DNA of 64,000 bases from the human T2T-CHM13v2.0 reference genome, Homo sapiens, in assembly GCF_009914755.1 (NCBI RefSeq), contig NC_060925.1; one strand, given 5' to 3'. Under the pieces are notes generated by a model. It saw only the letters and a list, made by a program, of their open reading frames with translations. It did no database searches and was not told the origin of the DNA. Both the position numbers and the translations under genes were made by a program. Shown in pieces: positions 19,945-35,356 of the stretch; the first letter of the stretch is position 1, and the number at the start of each line of letters is the position of its first letter.

Positions 19945-20680
19945 TTTCCATCTCAGTAGAAGGTGTCACAATTCTCCCTGTCATTCAGGACCCAAACCTA
20001 GAAGTCATTCTTAATGCTTCTCTTCTTCCTCTTACACCTTACATTTAATCCATCAACAAGTACTTTCTGCTTTGCTCCAAAGTGGACCCGGAATGAGGCA
20101 TTCCTGCCCCTCTTCACTATTAGTATCGTAGTTCAAAGTAGTTTTATTTCTTGCTGGATTTGTGTGCTAGCCTCTTAAATGGTCTCCCTGTTTCTGTCCT
20201 TCCCTCTGATAATCCATTCTCCACACAGCAGCCAGAGTGATATTTTAAAAATGTAAATCAGATCATGTTACTCTCCTGCTTAAATTCCTCCAGTGGCTCC
20301 CCATTGCAGCTGGGAAAAAAATAACTCCTTGCCATGTTCAACAAAGTCTTGCGTGATCTCTGTCTGACTTTTATTGCTTACCATGCCCCCACGTAGTCAC
20401 CATCCAACCACAATGACCTTCTTTTTGTCCCTCAGACATTTCCAGTGTATATAGCTTTTGCGTTAACTCTGCCTTCTGTCTGGCATGGCCCTTCTCAAAA
20501 TATTCACATGGTCTACCTCTTTCTCTTTGTTCAGATCTCAGCTTCAATGTCATCAGAGAAGAGCTTTCCCTTACCACCCAAACACTCTCTTCTACTCCAG
20601 CAGTATTCTGTTTCCCTGTTGTATTTTATTCTTAACACTCATGACTATCCAAAATTAATCAGTCTTGTCTGGATGCTTTA
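19945..20680 (+). mobile_element. L2 remnant
   Basis: 'ccacacagcagccagagtgatattttaaaaatgtaaatcagatcatgttactctcctgcttaa...cagtggctcccc' is a typical L2 core. Confidence 0.75.
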
Positions 20681-22344
20681 TAGGTATTAACTCGTTTAAT
20701 GCCTTTAACCAGTCTAGACAGGTACTACTATATTCATTTTACTGATGAGGAAATTAAGGAAAGGAGAGGTTAAGTAAGTTGCTCAAGGTCACACAGTAAG
20801 TAATGGAATCAGAGACAGGTCTGCTCCAGATCCTGCACATCTGTCCATGTAGCTGCAGTCTCCTGGCCTGGGCTGCGCTGATACAGCTGCAGTTCTCAGA
20901 CTAAGTTCAACAAGAGTCCCAGTCCTAGTCCAGTGATGCCTGAAGTCACATGTTTCATTCTGGGCCTCACATTCATGAAGACCACTGACAAAAAGGCCCC
21001 AGGGCCCCAGATGAAAAACATAATTTAAAGCCAGTGAATTTGAGAAGCAGTTGAGCAGTTTTGGGTTTTCTCATCAAATTACCTGCCCAATGTCAAAATA
21101 TTAGTAAATTATAGATCTAGATTTTAATTGAGTGTTGTCTGACATTCCCTTCCTCAGTGCTGACTTGAGATTACTCAAGATGACAGAAGAAAAGTGCTGC
21201 CTCAGAGGTTCTTTCCTCCCTCTCTGTCTTTGAAAAAGCACAGGGAGAAGAGGGCTGAAGATGTGACTGTCCAGTAATTGGAACCATCTCGGCTCCTCTG
21301 AAATTCTAGGAGAAGAATAAGTGAACAGTATGATATCTTGCAAAGCTTCATGTGCCTTAATCACATTAAAATTCACAATTCAGTTTTGGATTTATTTTTC
21401 CTTGTTTTTTGAAAGTTATTGACTTGGGACTTGCTTCTGGATCTCAGTTGGACATCTGACCTCATGCCATTATTGTCATCCATTTAGAGGTCATTTATTT
21501 CAGTGTTCTTGAAAGGCAGCCATTCCCAGTGGTTGGCCTTCTCTATTGCATGTGACACATCGCAGCTCTTCTGCTTAGCTTTTCTTGGTCACACAGCTAT
21601 CAGGTGGTGACTTTGGCCTCCAATGTGGCCCTTACCTCTGACTTTGTAGCTCCTCTGCAGTACTCTTCACTCTGGTTCTGTGGAGTTTTGACTCCGAGAT
21701 ACCCATGACCTTTTAAGTTTCCCAGCACCAGCTAACCTTTCTGAGAATCTGCATCAGAGGGCTGCAGTGGTCAGGGTGGCAGGTCACCAGTTGACTAATG
21801 GCCTCCTCCAAGGTTTGCTGGCAGACACTGCGTTGCCATGAACCCTATTGATCCCAGAAGTTTGCCTGCTGCTTAGACAGTCTTTGCGGGCGTGAGGAGG
21901 TAGTGAGTCATGGAGCCACCACCCCTGCTACCCATCTGTTCTTGTGGTGAGGAGAACAAAGATGATCTCTTTGTGGTATCATAAAACCTAGAAAGACATT
22001 AAAAATTCCGTTAAATTTTCATACGCTTTTAGCTGTTGAAATGTACAATCTATTATGAGGGGGGAAAAACCCACTGTAATTTTCCCCCCACTGCCCTTAC
22101 TTCAGAGGCTACTTAAGGGACCAGGTAATGATTTTACGATGTTTATTAATACTTCATGTTCTGCTTCCCTCCCCCATTCATTTATCTTTAAATTGAAAGC
22201 ACAGAAACTGCCAGGGATCTTTAAAATCCAGAGTTTTTGCAATGTCATAGGTTGTTCTGTTATGGATATTGTATGTAGAGATCTATTGTTGACTCAGAGC
22301 TGGGGATGGGGTTGGGGGTGGTATTTATTTTTAAAATGCACTTT

Positions 22345-22530
22345 GGAGTAATGGAAATAACATGAGTTTTGGAGCCAGATATACATGAGTTTGAATCCTG
22401 GCCCTGCCATTTACTACCTTTGTGACCAGTATCAAACAAGTTACCTAACCTCCGAAGGCCACTCAGTTCAACCACTTGCCAGATTGGGAAAGTAATACCT
22501 CTCTCTGAGAATTTGGATGACCTCAAACAG
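22345..22530 (+). mobile_element. MIR
   Basis: 'ttggagccaga...gagtttgaatcctggccctgccatttacta...aagttacctaacctc'. Confidence 0.7.
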
Positions 22531-22859
22531 AGACCTCTCAATGCAGGCCTCGTGGGAACAATCTTATCTTATCCGGATATCCAGATAATTTTTAGTTTTT
22601 CTTAGTTGTTCTGAGTAATTACTTTTATTTTCTCTGTCTCTCGTGGGTATCATGTGGAGTAACTGTCAAGATATCCCTCACCCCTTTGGTTGCTTGAGAA
22701 TTGACAGCATATTGAAGCCTCATCTATAGTAGATTTATAAACTATGGTATAAAGCTATAACCTCACCTCAATTTATTTTGTTCCCATGTTTGGTTTATTT
22801 AATCTTTGATCCCACTTACCTCATTTTATATTTGCCTACTAGTTATAAGCTGTCTGAAA

Positions 22860-24640
22860 CATTTTATAACATAGCATGTAGAAATATGTCTGGAACATAG
22901 TAGGTACTCAATAGATATTTGGTAAATGAATGAATAAGTAAGCATTAGAGATACAGATACAATATGTTTCAGAGGATAATTAAATAAAAGAGGGCAAGAT
23001 AATGAGTTTGTGCCTTTGAGATATCCAAATAAAAACATAGAGTAGACATTTGGATCTATGCTAGGAAAAAAGGCTAGAAATAGAGATTTGGAAGTCATAA
23101 GTGTAGATGATATTTGAAGCCATAGATATGTGTGAGAGACTCTAGAGGGAGAAGAGAAATTTCAGTACTTTAGAGGCCAGGTAGAGGAAGATGTGCCTGC
23201 AAAGGAGGCTAAGGATGTACCTGCCAAGGGCAGGGAGATAATGAGGAGATTTTACAAGGGGAGGGAACAATCTCCAAGGATGCTGAAAAAGGAAGGGAGA
23301 TAAGGACTGGACACTGTTCATTTGATATAGTGACTCGGGGACCTTAGTGAAAGTCACTTGCTTATAATAGTGAGGCAGAAGATAAAAGTCGTACAGCAGC
23401 CACAGCTAACACTGAGCACAGATGCTGTGCCAAGTGCTTAATGTGGACTGTTACATTACAACAACATGAGATGTGTAGTCATCTCACCCCATTCCCATTT
23501 TTTACAGAGGATAAAAATGAGGCATAAAGAAGTTAATCACCCAAGGTCATATAGCTGGGTTCAAGCCAAGACAGGTGTCAGGACTCAGAGTCACAGTTGA
23601 GAAAATGAAGCCAGAAAGTTTAGATAACTCAAGAAATTTGGTCAGAGTGTGGGGGGAGAGAGAGAGAGATGGGGTGGTCACTAGGGGAGGAAGACGGTTG
23701 GAAATAGGTAGAGTGTTCCACTGTTTGGTTGATTGATTGTTGGAAGATGGAGATTTGCTTGAGCATGTCTGATTGCTGATAAGAAGATTCTAGTAGTGAG
23801 TGATGGGTTGCTGATACCCAGAGAGAAGGGAGAATCAGTACTGTGGGTCCAGAGAAGACAGGCAGGATTAGCCTTGGAATACAGACTTTCTATTTTAATA
23901 GGTAGGAAGAAGACAAAAATGGTACAGCTCATGGGAGCAGCATGTGCTCGGAAGTGGGAAGTTAAGGGATTTCCCTTCATGAGGCTTCTGTTTTCTTTGT
24001 GAAGTAAAAAGTGAGATGATCTTCTGACAGAGTGGTAGCCAAGTGAGAGAGTCAGAATCTGTAAAAAATGGAAAAGGTTTAAAATAGAAGTACAGAGGAT
24101 CGGGGAAAAGATGATTAGAGAAATCTTGGAGGATTATCAAACGGTACACAGAACCCTGCTTAGGGGTCGCCATGAATTTATTATAAATCTGCCCTGTGGT
24201 GTGATTTTCTCCAGCAGCACTCAGCATCTGGTTGTAAGCACACAGGAAAGGGTTGTTCTTTTGTTTTATTAATCTTAATGAATAGCAGTAGTCTGTTCTG
24301 CAAGTCCTTGACACCACCCTCTTTTCTATATGCTGTATCTAATCTGTTACCAAGTGCTGTCAGTCTTAGGCTCCAAATACGTCTATAATTCATGAACTCT
24401 TTCCACCTCAAAATGCTACCTAGCCTGTGTTCCCATAATCTCGCAACTGGATTATTCAACAGGCTTATAACACTTGTCATTGAATGGAAACTTGCCTTTT
24501 TCAGTCCATCCTGAACACTGCAGCCAGCATGAACTTTTTATAATGAAAATCTAATCTAATCCTGTGACCTCCCAGCATAAACCTTCTCAAGTCTTCCCAA
24601 TGCTTTTAGGGCAAAAACCAAAAACCCGAATTATGGTCTC
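22860..24640. mobile_element. Cluster of L2 and MIR fragments
   Basis: L2 3' end ('tagtaggtactcaatagatatttggtaaatgaatgaa'), antisense L2 core, a MIR near 23400-23600 and a sense L2 near 24300-24640; boundaries approximate. Confidence 0.55.
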
Positions 24641-26921
24641 CCCTCCTTCTGGCACCACTGTTTTCATTGATCTCTGACCTCAGTTGCCCTCTTTTGGTTT
24701 TCTGCACACGACACCCTTCTCACCGCAAGATCTGCTCTCATGGTCTTGTTTTGCTTCCAGTATCGAGTCCATGTTCCAGGAAGAAGGACAAGGACAAAGG
24801 GCAAAAGTATGGACTTTGCTTCTGTTCCAGTGTTAACTCTGAAACCTCACTCGGTCTCTTCTGCCTACATGTCAATGGCCAGAACCGTATTACATACTAC
24901 TACCTGCAAGGGAAGCTGGGGAAAGGTCCATTTTTTGCCAGTCACATTTCAGCCTTCAATAAAATGAGAGTTGTGTTATTTAAAAAGAAGAGGAGGAGGG
25001 GCACTAGGTAAGCAACCTGGAGTCCCACCTTCAATGAGGAAGTGTTTTCTAGGTGAAGAGTTGAGTGAAGGAGATGCTGACAGAAGTGACAGCATGAATA
25101 CAGTTTAGTGCTGAGCAATATGATGTGGGAAGAAGGTGCTGGAACACTGAGTTTGAGGCAGGGAAAAGGGAGGGAGGAAACAGAGAAGTAGGCAGGGATC
25201 AAAAAATCATAATGCCCTTCTATTCCAGCTGAGGAACTTAAACTTCATCCCGTGTGTTAGCCTCTAAATGAGGTCTTATATGCCAGGTGATGTCAAGCAA
25301 GATGGTCTACTGGGTATAGACAAAAATGTTGGTATTTTTATTTATCTCCATTTTTATTTCATTTTGTTTAAATTCTATTTTTAGGTATGCATCTTGACAT
25401 ACACACATATAATTTATAAGTTCAATAGTACATTATATACAATTTATAAGTAATAGCTATGTTGGGAGTCCATCTGAAGACTTTTTTCTTAGTGACTTGC
25501 ACAGTCAAAATGTTTAGAAACTATTGCATTAGGCATCAGGGAACTGTTAAAACATTTTAAACAAGGAAATGATGTGATCCAAATTGAATATGGTCCAATT
25601 TGCCTTTTCTTTCCCCTATAGAGTTCTTTAAATTTTTAAAAATTTTAGAATGTTAGTACTTAGAAAGAAACATTAGGGAGCATCAACCCTGTGTCATAAG
25701 TAAGATAACTGAGGCCCAGGAATATTAAATAATTAGAACCATTAATTTGTGGCTGAGCTGGAGCCCCATCCAACCTGGGTCTCATCTTCTCCCAGTGGTC
25801 CTTTGTGGCCCTGTGCGAGTGCTTTCTCTCTTCCTGAATGCATGTCCCTATTCTTCAGCAAATACTCTTCTCATCAGAATTATGACATGTGGGAATCAAG
25901 AGGGGAGTAAAAGGGCATATTTATAAAAAACGTGGAAACCAAGAAATCTGTTTTGTAAAAATGAATCACCTATTTAGCCTCAGGGTTCTGTTGACTCTTT
26001 AGCTGTCAACATGGAAGTCTCTAGGTACCGATTCCTGCAGGTTCTGTTTTCATAATGCCAGACCCATCAGCAGTTTAACTGAGACATACCGTTGTACAAT
26101 GTCATTATTTTAGGTATTGTATTTGCAAGGCCAGCGGTCTAAGTAAGAGATTAAACTGAACAGATTTCTGACTTGGTAAGACAGAGACTTTCTAAGGGGT
26201 ACACTGCCCCACTTTATCTTACCCCAGTGTATATGAAGAAACACATGTTTACCCATGGGAATGTGTATGTATTTGGATCTATTTCACAGAGTATCTTATA
26301 AAAACCGACATGAAAAGAAAGTCTGATTTATAGAATCCTATTTCCTGACATTGTGAATACTAGTTCAGGACTTTGCTAACTACTTTTTGACCAGTGTGAC
26401 TGATTTATTTCCCCATGCCATCATCAACCCAGCTATGCAAGTACAGGAAGACAGGGTATCTAATAACCAGATGGTGAACAAGATCTGTATTCTCTTGGGT
26501 ATACTAAGCTATTCTGAAAATTCAGTTTATAGGGGTACAGACTAAGGGTTATATATCTCCAAACAAATGTGTTTGTCAAGTTGATGATCATGTTTACCAA
26601 GATCCTTTTATCACCAGCTGAGTCCTCTTTTAGTGGCTTAGGTCACCCTGGAATTATTTCAAAAACCAGCCTGATGTTTAGAACCTCCTGTGGGCTCGGG
26701 CTTGCCAGACACAAACCTAAAATGAAGCCTGTAGCCTTCATGGTAGCAAACTGTAACCTCAAGCACAATTATATGAATCATGGACAAATGTTTTCACTTT
26801 CAAGCAAGTTTTTGCCGCAGCAAAAATGACCACTTATCTAAGAGGCTGCATATTTATATATATATAAACAGTTTTTGGACATAAGAATCTTGACTATTAT
26901 TTCCCACAGAGAATTACAGAT

Positions 26922-27032
26922 TTATATATGTGTGTCTATGTGTATATATATGTGTGTGTGTGTGTGTGTGTCTGTGTGTGTATATATACATATGTGTGTG
27001 TGTGTGTCTGTGTGTATATATATATATATATA
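26922..27032. repeat. Compound (TA)n/(TG)n microsatellite
   Basis: Directly visible. Confidence 0.95.
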
Positions 27033-27294
27033 AACACCATATTCTGTGTCTTTTATATATAGTATCACTTGATTATTATAATTACCATGAAGTGCCATTG
27101 TTCTTCTCATTTTATAGGTGAGGAAACTGAAGCTCAGAGAGGTGAAATAACATCACAAAGCTAAGAGGTTGTAAATTTGGCACTTTTAAAATTATCTAGT
27201 TATTACAAAAGTTGATCTTCAGATCAACAAACTTAACTGACATTTCCTTTTTGGGCCCCATTTTCTACTCTGTGAACTGAGGAGGATTGAATTC

Positions 27295-27465
27295 AGTGAT
27301 TCTCAAACCAGAGCATACGTCAGAACCACCTGGGGGGATTCTTAAAACACTGATTCCTGGGCCTGCTTAGAGTTTCTAAATCAGAAATTCTCTGGAGCGA
27401 TTAAGAACTGGTGTTTCCAATAAGTTCCCAAGTGGTGGTTCCCAGCCACACTTTGAGATCCATTG
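27295..27465. mobile_element. MER5-type hAT-Charlie relic
   Basis: 'cagtgattctcaaac...tcagaaccacctgggg...ctttgagatccattg' with imperfect terminal inverted repeats. Confidence 0.7.
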
Positions 27466-29544
27466 GAGTAGATGATCTCTCAGTGTCTTCCAGCTGTTAC
27501 ATCCTGGAGGGTCAGCAACCTGCCATACTTCATTGGTGTGTGACCAAAAATACTGCTTCTTCATGGAGTGACTTTCCTACTACTTTTGCCAAGTTTGTTG
27601 GTTAGCCAGGAAAATTCTCAACATGAATGGAGGAAAATGCTGATGAAAATCACTCCTTCCTGTATTTATTAACTCATTTGCCAGACTAATATTTACTGAG
27701 TATACCCTTTGCAGATATTGTGCTACATACTGGAGATAGCACATGTGAAGATACTCAGCCCCTGCCTGCGAGATGCCTATCAACTATGGAGAAAACAGAT
27801 GATTAATTTATTGTTATTACTAAAAGGGAAGTGCTGAGACCTATGAGAATAAAATACTTCTCTAGGATTTGTGATTATGACTTCAAACTTTTCCTAAACA
27901 GGACTATTTTCTACTGTGGTCTTAAGTCATAAATTGTCTATTCTCTGTATCTAGTTCGATTCTGTTCTTAGCTTTTTGAGGTATTTCTTTATTGGGACAG
28001 GTCAGTAAGTGGCATTTTCATTTATTTTTTACCAACCTAAGCATTTCCTTCCTGCCCTAGATGAAAACTTAGCTTTGTTCAAAATTTGCATTTTCATTTT
28101 TAGCCTATGGTGACAGTTTAAATCAACAGCAAAAGCAGAAACCCTTGTCTAAAGCAATTTCCTCACTGTTATTCCAACTTCAGTGAAATGAGAAGTCCTG
28201 GGGAGATGAATTCAGACTGTCTTCTCTACTCCCACCCCTTCTCCTAACAGTTTGGCTTCTTGAAAAAAAATAAAAGATGAAGGAAGCAGGGGTCTTGAAG
28301 GGAAGATGTCTACTGTAAAAAAAATAGGGAAAGGAAATAGTGTACTGATAATGGTTATCATTTGTTGAGTGTGCATTATATGCCAGGGACTGTCGCCAAA
28401 CATTGTACATGAATTAGCAGGTAAACTTCCCCAGTAACCAATGAGGTACAGGTACCATTATTATCTTCCTTTTACAGATATGGAAATTGAAGCTCACAGA
28501 GGGTAGATAACTGTCCCAAAGTCTCATGGTTATTTGATGGAGGAACAGGAATTCAAAAGCAGGCCTGACTCCAAAATCTCATGCTTTTTACCAGTAAATT
28601 AGATCTCCAGTCATTTCAATCCCTGCATTTTTCATAGGGATGGTGCTGACTCATTTGGCTTCCTGGTTTTCTGACTCATCTCACTGAACAGGGCCAGATC
28701 CGATATGTCTTCTGCATTCTCCCTTATATCATCTTTCTCCCTGCTCCCTTTTCTATTATGGTCCACCTACTCTATCATCTTCTTTCCATGGGCCTTAAAG
28801 GAATACCTTCTTGTGGACTGTCTCTGTGATGCAGTAGAAATCTGGTAAGCTTGCCAGGGTGTAAAAAGTGCATTTGTTTAGGACTGTAATGTTTATTTGA
28901 AAGGGACTTTCAATCACAGACATGACTTTTTTATGAGCCTCATTATATATCCTTGTGATTGGAAAAATGCATCAGTAAATAATGCCTCCATGAAGAGTCA
29001 CTCTCACTTGCATTATTTTAAAAGATTTGGTAATAAAAAGTACTCAGATTATTGATAATCCATAATTAATATGAAGTAAATAATGTGTGTTTTCAAATAA
29101 AATTCACCATGATAAGTGATGAGAGTATGGGCTTTTATATTTCTTTGTAAGTCAGAGACTTATAAAAGATAGGTTATCCATCACTAAGGAATATGTAGAC
29201 ACATTAATTTTAGCATTCAGTTTTTTTTCTCTCTTTTCTAAAAAACATGATTCTATTCTTCAAAAGAAAGAGTGGTTTTATTATTTTTCCAGCTCTTTAA
29301 AATGGTTCAAAAATCTTGGCCTGCAGACATCTTTTTAAAAAATCAATTTTTCAATAATTTAGAGTGAATCACACCCATAGGGGGGATGTGCTTTCAAAAT
29401 AATTAAAGTAGAGGAGGCAGGATTATAGATCTTGAGAAAATGTGCTTGGAAAATGTCCTTTGATTTGTTGTGAACCCCAAAGCTTTGAATAAAATAGGAT
29501 AGGACTGGAATCAACTTCTGAACTTTCTCACTAGCTAGTGGCAT

Positions 29545-30030
29545 GTTACCAGTAGTCCAGAGAATGCTGAATGCCCATCTAATCTACACTGTCATCCCTT
29601 TTATTAACAAAACTTAGGCTTTTAGGGTACATCAGGGTCTTTCATTATAGACTACATTTCCCAGCTCCCTTTGCAGCTACACATGTTCATCTAAGTTTTG
29701 GCCAATGAGGTATAAGCAGATGTGTCCTGTGGGATTCCTGAGACGTCTCCTTTAAGGAGATCAGGCAGTGGCCATCCTCTTTCCCTCCCCTGGGTCAGGT
29801 AGATTGGCTGGTCAGGTAGGTTAGCAGTGACTTTGGATAAGGGGGACAGACGCCATACTCCAGGGATGGCAGAACAGTGAGCTTTTGTGGAACTTCCATA
29901 CCAGCCTTGGATTCACTACCTCTGGACTTTGTTTGTATGAGTAGGAAATTTGTTTATTTGTTTTTGCTGTTGTTTTTGCTTTATTAGAAAATCACTGTTT
30001 TGTAGATTTGTAGCTACACTTAATCATAAC
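29545..30030. mobile_element. Old MLT1-type MaLR LTR
   Basis: 'gactacatttcccagctcccttgcagcta...ggccaatgag' is an MLT1 core. Confidence 0.6.
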
Positions 30031-32858
30031 TAATAAAAATGGTGACTCATAAGGTTTGGGAAAACAACAGTTAAATTAAGGTAGTAAGTTTAGCTATCAT
30101 TATTGAGCACCTACTATTTACTAGGAACTGTTCTAAGATCTTTATTTGTAATAGCTCACATAACTCATTCAACAGTCTTTCTAAGAGACTTACCCCCATT
30201 TTACAGATGGTCAGTCACAGAGAGGTTAAATAACTTGCCCAAGATCATACAGCCAAGCCAGGAGTTAAAATCTTCAGTCTATCTCTTAAACTTTCTGTAA
30301 ATCACTGTGATGAAGTGACTTGACAACATTCTAAAAACAAGTAAAACTGGACCTAAACTCCAACTTTTCCCTATGTAGGATACCTGTCTCCTAGACTTGT
30401 TGCTAATTATGTTAGTTGGCCTCTGGCACATCACTTAGAGCCCCTGTGCCTCAGACTTAACACTAATAAGAGGCATGGGACAATACCTCACCATTGTTTA
30501 GTATCCATTCTGAGCCTGGCACTGTGCCAGACACACAGATGTGTGAATGACAGCGCACCCAGAGGGAGACCATGCGTTGGTCAAGGAGACAAGGCCTGAA
30601 CACTTAAGAAGAGCCAAGGAACAGCAAGGGAAATGCAGAACCACAATGTCACTACATCCAGGAGGGTTCTTGGTGCTTGATATGTGGCTAGCAACCAGTG
30701 AACATCCCTGGAACCAAGTGGCAATGCATGTTAAGTGCCCTGTGAGCAGGCAGAAATAAATGTTTTGAATCAAAAGAGGAGGGGAGCTTTGGCATCTAAA
30801 GGATTCAGGGACACATGGTGAGTGCTTTGGTTCATGTTGGTTGTGCCAGTAATTGAAGGAGTCTTGTAGTTGGTAAGATTTGGGGAGGTGATGGGAAGTT
30901 AGGCTCTTCCCCCTTCTGGCTTTCTCTGCCCCAGGGCTAACAGGGCTAGTTCCTGGAACACCGTCTGTGCTCCCCTGTCTTGGGTCCTACACACAGCTAC
31001 CTACCTGTCAGCTTGGGATGCTTTCCCAGCCTTTCATCCTAGCTACCTTCTTATCCTCCTGGTCTCAGAAAAAAATGACATGACCTATATGGAGTCTCTC
31101 CTAAGTAGACCACATCCCACTTACTTGCTCTACTGTGTGGTGAAATCCCATCAAAATGGAGGATATGGTTCCAAAGTCAGTGCATACTGTGAGCAGTGAA
31201 TCAGCCAAGAGAATCCTTGAAAATCCCTGAGGGAGCTATCTCCACAGTGGAAACTGATAAGCTATCTCCAGTAAGTCTAACACATTAATTCCGGTATTTC
31301 TTTTTTCCCTGTTCGAGATAGCTGTCCTATTTTAAAGTCTAGGTTGTATGAAAAAAATCTAGGTTACATGTAGCCAAGCTATAGGTTATACACTCCAAGG
31401 AGTCTCATGTACATAGACCATGATGGGAGTGACACACCCCTGAGGTTTTTCAGTGTATATAGAACTGTACATAGTGGAGGTATTAGGGTCAGATGTAGCA
31501 AAAGGAGATATTCACACTAAAAGAAAATAGAAACCGAAGCCAACCCAGGGAAGAGCTGATTTACACTCCATTCTCGGGTTGAGCTCCCTGTGTAGGATGG
31601 TGAAATAAATCACTTGCATTATTTATATTGTTTAATTTCTCTCTGCATCTCCTTCATTTGCTTCCTGAAGCCTATGTACAGTTGACTGTGTGTGTCTATC
31701 TCTGCAAACTACAGATCTTCACTTCCTATTATAACACTTATCACATTTGAATTTTTCATGGATTGTAATTATGGGTTAAATGTGCCTGCCAGATTATACA
31801 TTCCATGAGGGCAGGGGCCATGTCCATCTCATTACCTGCTGTGGCCCAGCACCTGCATGGTACCTGGCACACAGTCTTTCCAAGCAGTTCTGTCCTAGAC
31901 ATTGTTGTGGCTTTCTTCTCACCCGCCTTCAGGAAGATCCACCCAACTTCTTTCTCAGTTACTCAGCATTAAGATCTGTAGTTGCTGAGGCACTCAGTTA
32001 AGCTTAGGGTGGAGCTAAAACCTGCCTGGGCTGGTGCTTCTCTGATACAGAAACCCCTGAAACTGATGATTATCCAGAAATACTTGATCTCTTTGGGGGC
32101 CTGAGGAGCTTTGGACCACCTTAACTCATCACCTCCTTAAGCTCCCCTACCTCTAAATGCTCTTCTCACCGCTCCCACTCCCACCCCCTCCCCCTTGCCC
32201 CAAGGCTCCTCCTCAGCCCAACTAACTGAGGCTCTTTCACAATCCTAAAAGCATCATCTTTGTTTTAATTTTTTCTTTTATCTTCAAAAGCATCTAAAAG
32301 TAAAAACAACTAAAGAAAAGCCAGAAAGTGAATGAAGCAGAAAAACAATTTCAGCACTCTGATACAGTACCCCAAAACAATTTTAGTTCACTTTGCCTTT
32401 TTTTGTGCCATTTTAACGCAGTTGAAACCATGCCGTATATGCCAGTGTGTAGTCTGCAGTTTTAAGGTGACATTATTGCATATTCATATTTTCATGATAT
32501 TCTTTAGAAGCATAATTTTAATAATGCCATAATATTTTATTGAATGCTGTAATGATATTTTTAAGCCTTCTATTAAGGTTGGACACTTAAATGTTTACCT
32601 TTTTTTCTCTAGTATGTAAATATTATGGTACAAATACACAAAAATACTGCAGGGAACCTTTTTATTTTCTGCATCTGACAGACTCGCAGAAATGGAATTA
32701 CTAAGTAAAAAATACAAACTCTTTAAAATAGATTTTTATTTCAGGTGATACTTAATGCATATTAAGTGTAAAAAACTTAGAAAATACATAAAAGTATTTC
32801 ATCCAGCATTTACCTCCAAGAGATGGCTAATTTTTTGTATATTTTCTGTCTTTTTGAT

Positions 32859-32995
32859 GTATGTGTATATGTGTGTGTATATATATGTATTATGTATATA
32901 TTATATATAAATATGTATTATGTATATATTATATATATTATATGTATCTATAATAAAATTTATACTGTATTGATATATTCATACTATATATGTAT
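32859..32995. repeat. AT-rich/(TA)n low-complexity tract
   Basis: Directly visible. Confidence 0.85.
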
Positions 32996-34425
32996 CATTA
33001 CTTTACACAATTGAAATACTTTATATGCATGTTGTTAAAACTCTTCAAATATACAGCTTTTAATTTACTGTGTAACGATTTTTAAAACAACACTTTTCTT
33101 GTATCATTTAAATTTTTTCTGATTTCTTCTATTTTGTTGTATTTGTATACATACCTTGTCAGCATTTTATGTTATTCCTTAGGATGGATTCCAGTAATGG
33201 ATTTACCAAGTCAAAAGGTATAAATTTTTAAGGCTCTTGGTGTATATTGTCAAGTTTCTTTCCAGGAAGATTTTGCCAAATTGCATTTCCAACAGTCCAT
33301 AAGATTATAAAGCAATGGAAAATAGCATGTCCTTTCTGTTTTAATTTCTATCTTATTAACTCTTAGTGAGGTTGAGCTTTTTCCTTATATGTTATTCATG
33401 TATATCTTCTTTTGTGAATTGTCTAGATACTTAAAAGGCTAAGAATATTTGGAGGTTATTTTTAAAAAATAATTTTTTATTTTTAATTGACGTTTTATAC
33501 ATATTTAGGGGGTACATAGTGATGTCACAGTACATATAATGTGTAGTGATCGGGTCAGTGTAATTAGCATATCCATCATCTCAAACATTTGTCATTTCTT
33601 TGTGCTAGAAACATTCAATATCCTCCTAGGTATTTGAAAGGATATATTATTGTTAACTATAGTTATTCTACAGTGGTATAGAATACTAGAACTTATTACT
33701 CGCATCTAGCTGTAATTTTGTGTTTTTTAATAAATCTCTCCCTCTTCCCCTCTTCCCTCTACCATTCTCTGCCTCTAATATCCTCTACTTTTTACTTCTA
33801 TGAGATCAACATTTTTTAGCTTCAACATGTGGGCAAGAATATGCAGTGTTTAACTTTCTGTTCTTGGCGTATTTCACTTAATATAATGTCCTCCATTTCC
33901 ATCCATATTGCTACAAATGACAGGATTTTGTTGTTTTTTTATGTCTGAATAGTATTCCATTGTGTATGTATATCACATTTTCTTTGTTCATTCATCTATT
34001 ATTGGATACCTAGGCTGATTCATATCTTGGCTATTGTGAACAGTGCTGCAGTAAATGGGAGTAAAGATATGTCTTTGGTATACTGATTTTGTTTCCTTTG
34101 GATAAATGCCCCAGTGGTGGGATCAGTGGATCATATATTAGTTCTGTTTGTAGTTTTTTGAGGAACCTCCATACTGTTCCCCATAATGGCTCTTCTAGTT
34201 TACATTCCCACCAATAGTGTAAGAGTCCTTTTTCTCTGCATCTTCACCAGCATGTTAATTTTTTGTCTTATTTTGATAATCACTATCCTAACTGGGATAA
34301 GATGATATCTCATTATGGTTTTGATTTGCATTTCCCTGATGATTAGTGATATTGAACATTTTTTCATATTTTTGTTGTCCATTTATATGTCTTCTTTTGA
34401 GAAATATCTGTTCAGATCATTTGCC

Positions 34426-34720
<295 letters not shown>

Positions 34721-35356
34721 TTTGCCAATATTTAAATCAGGTTGGTTGTTTTTTTCCTGTACCAATGGTTGAATTCTCTGTGTATTCTGGATATTAATGT
34801 CTTGACCAATGAATAGTTTGCAAGTATTTTCTCCCATTCTATAGGTTGAATTTTCACTGTGTTGATTGTTTCCTTTGCTGTGCAGAAGCTTGTTAGTTTG
34901 ACATAATTCCCTTTTTAAAAATTTTTTCTTTTGTTGCCTGTGCTTTTTAGATCTTATTCATAAAATATTTTCCCTGGCCAATATCCTGAAGCATTTCCCC
35001 TATGTTTTCTTCTAGTAGTTTTATAGTTGCAGGTCTTGTGTTTAGGTCTTTGATCCATTTTGAGTTGTTTTTTGCATAGAGTAAGAGTTGGGAGTCTAAC
35101 TTCATTCTTCTGCACATAGATATCCAGTTTTCTGAGCACCATTTATTGACAAGACTGTCCTTTCAAAGCCCAGTGAATGCTGTTGGTGCTTTTTTCAAAA
35201 ATCAGTTGGCTGTAGATAGGTGGATTAAAGTCTGTGTTCTCTGTTCTTTTCCATTGGTCTGTGTGTCTGTTTTTCTGCCAATACTGTGCTGTTACTGTTT
35301 TGGTTACTAAAGCTTTGTAATATACTTTGAAGTCTGAAAATGTGATGCCTCCAGCC

